The notes under the pieces were generated by a model, which saw nothing but the letters and a program-made list of their open reading frames with translations, was not told where the DNA came from and ran no database searches. A stretch of 63,705 nucleotides of DNA, taken from Pirellulales bacterium (GTDB lineage Bacteria; Planctomycetota; Planctomycetia; Pirellulales; UBA1268). Shown here in pieces: positions 39,007 through 45,698 of this stretch. Numbering within the stretch: position 1 is the stretch's first letter; every line of letters starts with the position of its first letter. Position numbers and translations under genes: made by a program. The stretch lies in assembly GCA_041746715.1 (NCBI GenBank), contig JBGTGN010000227.1:1-63705 (forward strand). The letters run 5' to 3'.

Positions 39007-40683
39007 TCAATCCTCGTACCGGAAACCCCAGGAATGGGTAATGCCCTCGTGAACGGCGCGAGCCTCGACCAGCAACTCTGGGCCGTCTGGGCCGAACATC
39101 GCCTGAGCGAGCTTGTCCTGGTCCCCCTCGGGAGCCGCACCGATCGCGTCAGATGTGGCCTCGAAGGCATCCCGGGCGTCCATCCGAGCGATCGCCACTG
39201 GATCGGCATCGGTGGCATCGAGTGCGGCAAGCACGCGGGCCATCCCCACGGCCCTCGCGAGCCATTCGACCCGAGGGGCTGCCTCGCCAAAAATTTCCAT
39301 GGCCTCCTCGCGTCGGTCGGCCACGCTTGGCGCCGACTCAAGGCCACGGACGATTTTCGCGAGCGCGACGAGTGGATCGGCCTCGACCGCCTCTGGCGCG
39401 AGCCCCATCGGCTGCATGGCCTGCCGTCGGATGCGATCACGATCGGGATCAACAGGACCAGCCGCGGACTTCGCCAATTCCTCGATGGCCCGCACCCCCA
39501 CATCTCCAAAAACTTCGCGGGCAGACTGACTCCGAGTGTCGATGTCATCGACCTTCGCGAGGGTGTCGAGCACACCGACGAGCGGCAGAAGGCTCGTTCC
39601 ACTACCGCCGGCTGGCTCCAAAAGCCGCGCGTCGTCCCATGGGATACCCAGTCGCTCGAGCCCAACCTGAGGCCTCGATGAGGTATATCCAGGCCAGCCA
39701 AGCGCTGAGAGCACGCGACCGCCAAGCGCCATCCGCTCGAACATGCCGCGAAAACCGACGGCCATCTTTTCGCCTGCGGCGTCACCAGGTCGCCAGAAAT
39801 CGAGCCGCAGACTTTTGAGCGTTTGCTGGATGTGTTTGCCGGGTGGATCGTCGGGGCCGATCTGCGTGCCACTCCGCTGCCGCCATCGGATCGCGTTGGT
39901 GAGGCCTCGAACGTAAATCGAGAAATAATCGATTCGCGGATCAATCGCTTCCCAGATCGCCACGCCCCACCGCTCTTCGCCAGGTGCGATTTCCGTGGCC
40001 GAAATCGAGGCGCTATCGAGCAGTTCACGAGCAGGATCTTCTCGGAGGCGGATGGCGTCCATCGCCGATGGAACGAGCCTGTCGAGATAGGCTCGGTACG
40101 TCGAGATGCCCTCGGTGTCGCCCAGGCCCTCGCGAGTCTCGAGCACGAACTGGGGCAGGAATCGGACCGGCTTCTCGAACCGCTCCATGACACGCTCGAC
40201 CGGGTCGGCTTGGCCCGCTTCCTCGAGTCGCTTGGTTTCGATGCGACGGCCACCCACGTTTTTCACTCGGTAGACGAGATAGGTCACGCTCGTCCGCCGC
40301 ATCCGTCGATCGCCCACCGGGATATCGACGGCGACCGTTCGGGGCGGCTTGAAGGCGAACTCGAGACACCATATATCCCGCGGGTACTCCACCCTGCCGG
40401 CCCGACTCACGAGCGTTGTATTGACCGCCGCCCGCTGCGGCACCCACTGCAAGGCGGAAAGCCCCTCGGTCACCTCCACCAGGGACCCGCGCTGGAGCGG
40501 GTCATCGAGCGCGAGATCGGTCGGGATAACAGTGAGCACGCCAGGGGCCAGGGGCCGAAAGCCATCGTCGGCACAAACGAGAAGTGAAGGGGCAAGAAAA
40601 ACGGCCGTGAACAAAACCGCGACCCAGCGAGACCAGCAGGCGAAGGAAACCCCGCTGAGGAGCGTTTTTTGTGGGAGTGTCAT
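39007..40683 (-). CDS. Hypothetical secreted protein, 558 aa, family not recognised
   Basis: ATG 40683. Signal-like N-terminus MTLPQKTLLSGVSFACWSRWVAVLFTAVFLAPSLLVCADD. The composition is balanced and protein-like throughout, unlike the Ser/Arg-rich alternative frame 38772..40253. I could not identify any motif. Confidence 0.7.
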   Translation of the reverse strand: MTLPQKTLLSGVSFACWSRWVAVLFTAVFLAPSLLVCADDGFRPLAPGVLTVIPTDLALDDPLQRGSLVEVTEGLSALQWVPQRAAVNTTLVSRAGRVEYPRDIWCLEFAFKPPRTVAVDIPVGDRRMRRTSVTYLVYRVKNVGGRRIETKRLEEAGQADPVERVMERFEKPVRFLPQFVLETREGLGDTEGISTYRAYLDRLVPSAMDAIRLREDPARELLDSASISATEIAPGEERWGVAIWEAIDPRIDYFSIYVRGLTNAIRWRQRSGTQIGPDDPPGKHIQQTLKSLRLDFWRPGDAAGEKMAVGFRGMFERMALGGRVLSALGWPGYTSSRPQVGLERLGIPWDDARLLEPAGGSGTSLLPLVGVLDTLAKVDDIDTRSQSAREVFGDVGVRAIEELAKSAAGPVDPDRDRIRRQAMQPMGLAPEAVEADPLVALAKIVRGLESAPSVADRREEAMEIFGEAAPRVEWLARAVGMARVLAALDATDADPVAIARMDARDAFEATSDAIGAAPEGDQDKLAQAMFGPDGPELLVEARAVHEGITHSWGFRYED

Positions 40684-41213
40684 GGCGTCGCAATCCTAAC
40701 CATTTCGGCCAACATCTCGCAGAATCGTCATTTCTTTCCTGTGCTTCCCAAATTCCCTTGATTGCCCGTATTTTCCGTTCACACTAACGAATGACCCGGA
40801 AAGGGCCAAGGAAAACTGGGCTTCGCTGGCAACCTCTCCGACAACAGACTTCGGGCGCGGCCCTTGACCGCCGCTAACCCGCGCCAAGTGATTCGGCATT
40901 TCGACGAACCCGCCATCATGCTCCGCGTAAATCCGCTTCAGCCGCCACGACCGTTTTTGATGCTTGAAGCAACGGGGGACGATGCGGGGCACCCCACGGT
41001 CCCGGCCATCAGAACGTCACAAACCAACCTCATGCATGAAGAAGCATTGAGCCGACCGAAGCCGCGGCAGACCATTGATCAGAGATGGCTGATCTCGGCC
41101 GAGGCCTACGATACAACGGGCATCCTGACCGGCGTGGATCCCTGCGAGTCGAGGTATTGGTGGATGCCTGAGCTCCATGGAGGGTGGCCCGCTGGCGTCG
41201 AAGCTGGCGATGC

Positions 41214-42062
41214 TTACGCGGCACGACGCTCAACAACGCGTTCGCCTGCTGCTGCCTGAGCGACTTCCGCCGCAAGTGAGGCGTAATCCTCGGAGCCATG
41301 CGATCCGGCGGCATAATCGAAGATTGACTGGCCGAAACTCGGCGCCTCGGCGAGGCGGATATTGCGGCGAATGCGGGTCGCGAAAAGACGGGCGCCAGCC
41401 CAGGCTGGGTGGGCCGCTTCGGTATCGGTGAAAAACGCATCGACATCGCGGGCGATTTCGGCGGCCAGCCGCGTGCCGGCCTCGTACATGCAGAGCACGA
41501 CTCCCAAAAGACAGAGCCGCGGATTGACTCGCTCCGAAACGAGCTCGATCGTCTCGAGCAGCTTGCTCAGGCCGTGGAGCGCGAGGAAATGAGGCTGGAG
41601 TGGGAGCAGCACTTCGCCGGCGGCAGCCATCGCATTGAGCGACAAGAGCCCGAGGGATGGCGGGCAGTCGATGACAAGGTAGTCGAAGCCAGCGCCAGGG
41701 CCGGCGGTGCCGGAAAACCGGGGGTCGGCCGCAATGCGCTCGCGGAGAATCGACTCCCGACCGGCCTTGCCGGCCAACGCCAGCTCGACCGCCGAGAGAT
41801 CAATATGTGCAGGCACGACCGAAAGGGTTTCGGACACCGTCACGACCGCGTCGGCGAGTGGCCGACCGGCGGTGAGCACATCGAAGGCCGACACGCCGTC
41901 CCCTCCCGGCGACACACCGACATGGAGCGTCGCGTGGGCCTGAGAATCGAGGTCGAGAAGGCATACCCGGTGCCCGGCCCGCGACAATGCCACGGCGAGG
42001 TTGACCGATGTGGTGGTCTTCCCAACTCCCCCCTTCTGATTGGCAACGGCGATGGAGCGCAT
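41214..42062 (-). CDS. ParA/Soj-family deviant Walker-A ATPase (orphan)
   Basis: ATG 42062 gives MRSIAVANQKGGVGKTTTSVNLAVALSRAGHRVCLLDLDSQAHAT..., then DYLVIDCPPSLG. 282 aa. Confidence 0.88.
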   Translation of the reverse strand: MRSIAVANQKGGVGKTTTSVNLAVALSRAGHRVCLLDLDSQAHATLHVGVSPGGDGVSAFDVLTAGRPLADAVVTVSETLSVVPAHIDLSAVELALAGKAGRESILRERIAADPRFSGTAGPGAGFDYLVIDCPPSLGLLSLNAMAAAGEVLLPLQPHFLALHGLSKLLETIELVSERVNPRLCLLGVVLCMYEAGTRLAAEIARDVDAFFTDTEAAHPAWAGARLFATRIRRNIRLAEAPSFGQSIFDYAAGSHGSEDYASLAAEVAQAAAGERVVERRAA

Positions 42063-42133
42063 TGAATCGTCCTTGTTCTGAAGCGGCAATCTCGGGACAG
42101 GGAGCGGGGAGGATACGCCCAGGGGGCGGGTTC

Positions 42134-42739
42134 TCAATAGCCCGATTTTCCAGGCGAATATGCGGCTTTTTGCGTTGCCTCCACCCACTTGGTGAGGCCT
42201 GCCCGCACCCGTCCCAGCGCGACTCGACCAGGGCGTCCGACGACCGTGAGCGCTCCGGGGGCGTCGAGATCAATCGCCAGGACCACATTTCCCTGCTCGC
42301 TGTCATCGGGATCGCGGAAGGCGATTGCTACATCCCAGTCGGCTGACGGGAGACGGGCCGGCCGCCCGGCGTGGCCTCCCGTGGCCCAGTCGTAGTTCAC
42401 ATCCTCGATGAGCCCCCGACGCAGGTGGACAAGCCCAGGGGCCTGCGAGACGTCGTGAGTGGACGTCTGGATAACTCGCCCACCCTCTGCGGTAAGTCCC
42501 CACAGTTCGACGGTCGGTGCCGACTGGATGGCGCCTGCCACGTCGGGGCCAAAAAAGCCGAGGCAGCGGCGGGTCTGCTTCCACTGAAACCAGACCGCAA
42601 ACGCCCCGAGCGCCGAGGCCATGAGCACGACCGAGACAACGACCACCGTGCCTGTTCCGGACGACGGTCGGGAGAGGTTGCTCTGGCCGGCACCTATGCT
42701 ACCGTCGGAGGATCGTGAACTCTGAGGGAATTTTGTCAT
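42134..42739 (-). CDS. Hypothetical single-pass membrane protein
   Basis: 201 aa. Ser-rich N-terminus, one TM helix (VVVVSVVLMASALGAFAVWF), then a soluble domain of about 140 aa. It lies 71 nt upstream of the ParA gene on the same strand. Confidence 0.55.
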   Translation of the reverse strand: MTKFPQSSRSSDGSIGAGQSNLSRPSSGTGTVVVVSVVLMASALGAFAVWFQWKQTRRCLGFFGPDVAGAIQSAPTVELWGLTAEGGRVIQTSTHDVSQAPGLVHLRRGLIEDVNYDWATGGHAGRPARLPSADWDVAIAFRDPDDSEQGNVVLAIDLDAPGALTVVGRPGRVALGRVRAGLTKWVEATQKAAYSPGKSGY

Positions 42740-42965
42740 GGCGAACGCGTTTGACGCCTACCGCGAAGCACTTGTGGTCGAGCACCACACTGCCTGGCCC
42801 ACCGACTATGAGGATTGGTCGGCTGCCGACAAGGCTCGCATCGATGAATTACTCCATGCGAGCCCTACCGAGGCGGCCGAGCTCGACTATGTTCGACAGC
42901 ATACCGGCTTCGCCCGCGTGATTTCGGTCACGCCAGACGACCTGGCCCGCGTGGGCGTGTCCTGA
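42738..42965 (+). CDS. Hypothetical small acidic protein (75 aa)
   Basis: MANAFDAYREALVVEHHTAWPTDYEDWSAADKARIDELLHASPTEAAELDYV... Third-codon positions are G/C-rich as in neighbouring genes. The stop is 2 nt before the aroB GTG. Confidence 0.5.
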   Translation: MANAFDAYREALVVEHHTAWPTDYEDWSAADKARIDELLHASPTEAAELDYVRQHTGFARVISVTPDDLARVGVS

Positions 42966-42967
42966 CC

Positions 42968-44068
42968 GTGGCCACGATACGCGTCCACCTTCCGAGCAGT
43001 GGTGTCGATCGCTCCTACGACATTCATTGCGGGAGCGGCCTGCTGGGCACGGTGGGTGGCCTCGTAGAGGCGGCTGGAGGTCGCCGGGCGGTCGTTGTGG
43101 CGGACGCGGCGGTGGCAGGCACCCATGCCGCCCGCACAACAGATTCTTTGATCGCGGCCGGGGTTGCCGTCCAGTCGCTCACGGTGCCGTCCGGCGAGGG
43201 TTCCAAGTCGCTTGCGGCCCTGGGAACGCTCTGGGATGCCATGGCCGAGTTGGCCGTGGATCGTGGCACGCATATCGTGGCCGTCGGTGGTGGTGTGGTT
43301 GGTGATTTGGCCGGTTTTGCGGCCGCCTCGTTTGCCCGAGGCCTCTCGCTTTGGCATGTCCCGACCACCCTCGTGGCCCAGGTGGACAGCGCCATCGGCG
43401 GTAAAACCGGGATCAACCTGGCCGGTGGCAAAAACCTGGTTGGGGCGTTCTGGCAGCCCCGTGGCGTGGTGGCGGATATCGATACCCTCGGCACGCTTCC
43501 CGAACGGGAGTACCTCAGTGGCTTGGCTGAGGTCGTGAAATATGGCGTGATTCTTGCCCCCTCGTTCTTTGCCTGGCTCGAGGCCAATGCGGGCTTGCTG
43601 CGGGACCGTGAACACGCGGCATTGGCCCATGCCGTGGAGCGGTCGGCCGCGATCAAGGCGGGGGTTGTGGAGCAGGACGAGCGGGAGATTTTAGGGCTCC
43701 GGGCGGCCCTCAACTACGGCCACACCTTCGCCCATGCCTACGAAACAGCCCTCGGCTACGGAACGCTCCTGCATGGAGAGGCGGTCTCGATCGGCATGAC
43801 GCGTGCCGCGAGACTGGCTGAGGCCATGGGTCGCATCCAGGGCGACGTGGTCGCCCGTCAGGACCGGCTCCTTGCAGCCCTCGGCCTTCCGGTGTCGCAC
43901 GCCGGCCTAGGCTCCCTCGATTCTGACCTGCTCCTTGCCATCATGGGGCGAGATAAGAAGGCCGAGGCCGGTCGGCTGCGGTTCGTGCTGCCGTCGAGAC
44001 TCGGCCACGTCGCGCTCGTGGATGGTGTCGATGAGGGCCTTGTCCGGCGCGTGCTCGCCGACGGCTGA
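42968..44068 (+). CDS. aroB: 3-dehydroquinate synthase
   Basis: 366 aa with a GTG start. GGGVVGDLAGFAAASFARG, PTTLVAQVDSAIGGKTGINL, and HTFAHAYE...LHGEAVSIGM metal ligands. Confidence 0.93.
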   Translation: MATIRVHLPSSGVDRSYDIHCGSGLLGTVGGLVEAAGGRRAVVVADAAVAGTHAARTTDSLIAAGVAVQSLTVPSGEGSKSLAALGTLWDAMAELAVDRGTHIVAVGGGVVGDLAGFAAASFARGLSLWHVPTTLVAQVDSAIGGKTGINLAGGKNLVGAFWQPRGVVADIDTLGTLPEREYLSGLAEVVKYGVILAPSFFAWLEANAGLLRDREHAALAHAVERSAAIKAGVVEQDEREILGLRAALNYGHTFAHAYETALGYGTLLHGEAVSIGMTRAARLAEAMGRIQGDVVARQDRLLAALGLPVSHAGLGSLDSDLLLAIMGRDKKAEAGRLRFVLPSRLGHVALVDGVDEGLVRRVLADG

Positions 44069-44110
44069 TCTCCCATACGGCACGGGAATCACTTGCCCAT
44101 AAGGGGGGTT

Positions 44111-44192
44111 CGCTGGAGCGAATCGCTCCAGCGCGATGGGCGGAGGCGACCAGCGCTGGGGCGAATCGCTCCACCTCCCTGGAGCGATTCAC
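44111..44192. repeat. Cluster of GGAGCGA(A/T)TCGCTCC-type palindromes
   Basis: 44111-44133 is a perfect 10-bp stem with a 3-nt loop (CGCTGGAGCG AAT CGCTCCAGCG). 44151-44158 is the palindrome CAGCGCTG. 44161-44173 (GCGAATCGCTCCA) pairs with 44180-44192 (TGGAGCGATTCAC) at 12 of 13 positions. Confidence 0.7.
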
Positions 44193-44434
44193 CTCAGCGA
44201 GCAATGAGGGGATTTCACAAAACAGCATGATTCATCGAGAAATCATCACTTTCATCAATTTTCGCAGTCCATGTGGCCGTTCGGCACGCATCGTGCATTG
44301 AATTCCTTTGCCCCGGGCTTCGGCCTGAGGTTCCCGGTCGGGCATGGTCGTGTCCGTCGGGATGTCGATTTCCACGCTGCGCTCGGGGTCTGAAAAGTCT
44401 CGGTCGTGGCACAACGTGAGGAAAGAGTGCGCTC

Positions 44435-44554
44435 ATGAACCCCAAATCGTGTTCCGTTGGGCACGCCCGACGGGGCTGGTCGCTCACGCAGGCTGATGTC
44501 CTGCTGTGTGCCCTCCCCATCGTGCTGTTCCTTTCAATCGTGTCGCTTGTTTGA
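44435..44554 (+). CDS. Candidate small ORF (39 aa) with a degenerate prepilin-like N-terminus
   Basis: My translation is MNPKSCSVGHARRGWSLTQADVLLCALPIVLFLSIVSLV*. GAGGA lies about 11 nt upstream of the ATG. RRG/WSLTQ followed by a hydrophobic helix resembles G/FTLIE leaders, but with Gln where Glu is expected. It is too short for the ORF track. Confidence 0.25.
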   Translation: MNPKSCSVGHARRGWSLTQADVLLCALPIVLFLSIVSLV

Positions 44555-44594
44555 GTCCTGCCTGAGTTTTGCGTGATTCAAGGAGATTGCCGTC

Positions 44595-45116
44595 ATGACC
44601 CCTTCTGAACCTTCGTCTGCCGATCGCTGCTTTGGCGTGCTTCGCTCGTTGCAGGCTGCGGGCATCCGCGAGATCGTCATTGTCGATCCCGTATGTGACC
44701 GCTACGGCGACTTCGTCGAAGCTGCTCAGGAAGGTCATGTGGGCCTCCACTTTTGTGTGGATGGGCAGTCGGCCGTGAGGCTGGCTCGTCGATTCAGGGC
44801 TGATGTGTGGCTGGTGGCCTCCGAGCTGCCAGACATGTCGGGCTTCGATCTGCTTGAAATGCTTTCGGCCCATGTGCTCCAGGGGGATGTCGATCCGCTT
44901 CTGGCGGGATCGCGAATCTCACTGGGCGCGGTAGGCCATGGCATGCGGTCAGGCATCTTCATGATGTCGGATGATTACCGGCTCGAGGACGAGCAGCGAG
45001 CCCTGTCGTCGGGTGTCGCGGGCTATCTCGTGCGGCCGGTGACCGTAGACACCATTCGGGCGAGTCGTTCGCCAGTGATGGTTGGTGAGGCTGACACCGT
45101 GTCCTCGAAGAGCTGA
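44595..45116 (+). CDS. Stand-alone receiver (REC)-like protein lacking the phospho-acceptor Asp (paralogue A)
   Basis: 173 aa, with AAGGAG 9 nt upstream. IREIVIVDP (beta1), ADVWLVASELPDMSGFDLLEML (beta3/alpha3; Ala where CheY has Asp57), GIFMMSDD (beta4) and GYLVRPV (beta5; Arg for Lys109). Confidence 0.65.
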   Translation: MTPSEPSSADRCFGVLRSLQAAGIREIVIVDPVCDRYGDFVEAAQEGHVGLHFCVDGQSAVRLARRFRADVWLVASELPDMSGFDLLEMLSAHVLQGDVDPLLAGSRISLGAVGHGMRSGIFMMSDDYRLEDEQRALSSGVAGYLVRPVTVDTIRASRSPVMVGEADTVSSKS

Positions 45117-45212
45117 GTATCCGAATCGATCGCTTGTTCCAACTGGAAGACCCAATCGGAAGTCCAATTTTTCACCTTTCGCTGTTTTCACATTTTGCTT
45201 GGAGTCCACGAA

Positions 45213-45695
45213 ATGGTCAGTCTGTCTGAGCTCTCGACGTTGCCCATGATCCCCGACGTCGTCGTCGTCGATCCAAATTTTCAGCTCTACGCTCCGCTCG
45301 TTGCGGCCGCCCGGGCTGGGCGACTGAACCTGCACCTGCGAGCCAGCGGCGCTGAGGCTCTTAAACTGGGCCGTCGCCTGAATGTTGACGCGTGGCTTGT
45401 GTCGCCTGAGCTTGACGACATGGCTGGCAATGACTTTGTCTCGCTCCTCGAATCACTGCCGAACCGCTCCTCACACGCGGTGGCCATGGTCGCTCCATCG
45501 GGGTCACCCAAAACGGCGGACGCCCTCCACCATCCGATCTCGCTCGATGCGATTGAGGCTGTTCTCCGTTCGCCAGCGACAAAGACTGCCGTTGATGTCG
45601 CGGCCAACGAGACGAGTCGCACACGGGCCCTGCTCTCGCTTCCCATCGGCGTTGGCGCGGCCATGCTTGCCATCGCCGTCTTGATGATGGGCTAG
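45213..45695 (+). CDS. Receiver (REC)-like protein lacking the phospho-acceptor Asp, with a C-terminal hydrophobic helix (paralogue B)
   Basis: ATG 45213 with GGAG 8 nt upstream (the track start at 45195 is TTG). PDVVVVDP and VDAWLVSPELDDMAGNDFVSLLESL (Ser at the acceptor position). Tail LLSLPIGVGAAMLAIAVLMMG. Confidence 0.6.
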   Translation: MVSLSELSTLPMIPDVVVVDPNFQLYAPLVAAARAGRLNLHLRASGAEALKLGRRLNVDAWLVSPELDDMAGNDFVSLLESLPNRSSHAVAMVAPSGSPKTADALHHPISLDAIEAVLRSPATKTAVDVAANETSRTRALLSLPIGVGAAMLAIAVLMMG

Positions 45696-45698
45696 CGG

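Noticed and set aside
38772-40253. A 493-aa same-strand alternative frame inside the 558-aa gene, running into rpmA.
   Set aside because: It is Ser/Arg-rich low-complexity sequence (…SRKRAKPTRSSVSWSGSRSRSDS…) and overlaps the L27 coding sequence. The 39007-40683 frame has a signal peptide and normal composition.
40696-40992. A 98-aa minus-strand ORF in the ParA to 558-aa spacer.
   Set aside because: It has no ribosome-binding site that I could see, an odd composition, and spans the AT-rich promoter-like stretch. It is kept only as part of the spacer finding.
39007-42739. A parS site or ParB gene associated with the ParA-like ATPase.
   Set aside because: I scanned for TGTTTCAC/GTGAAACA-type palindromes and for a ParB-like ORF and found neither. 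A partly similar string, GATTTCACAAAAC at about 44211, is not palindromic.
44215-44520. Minus-strand ORFs of 60-101 aa in the aroB-receiver spacer (44215-44520, 44232-44414, 44255-44464, 43941-44228).
   Set aside because: They are mutually overlapping, Arg/Pro/His-rich, lack ribosome-binding sites, and run against the flanking plus-strand genes.
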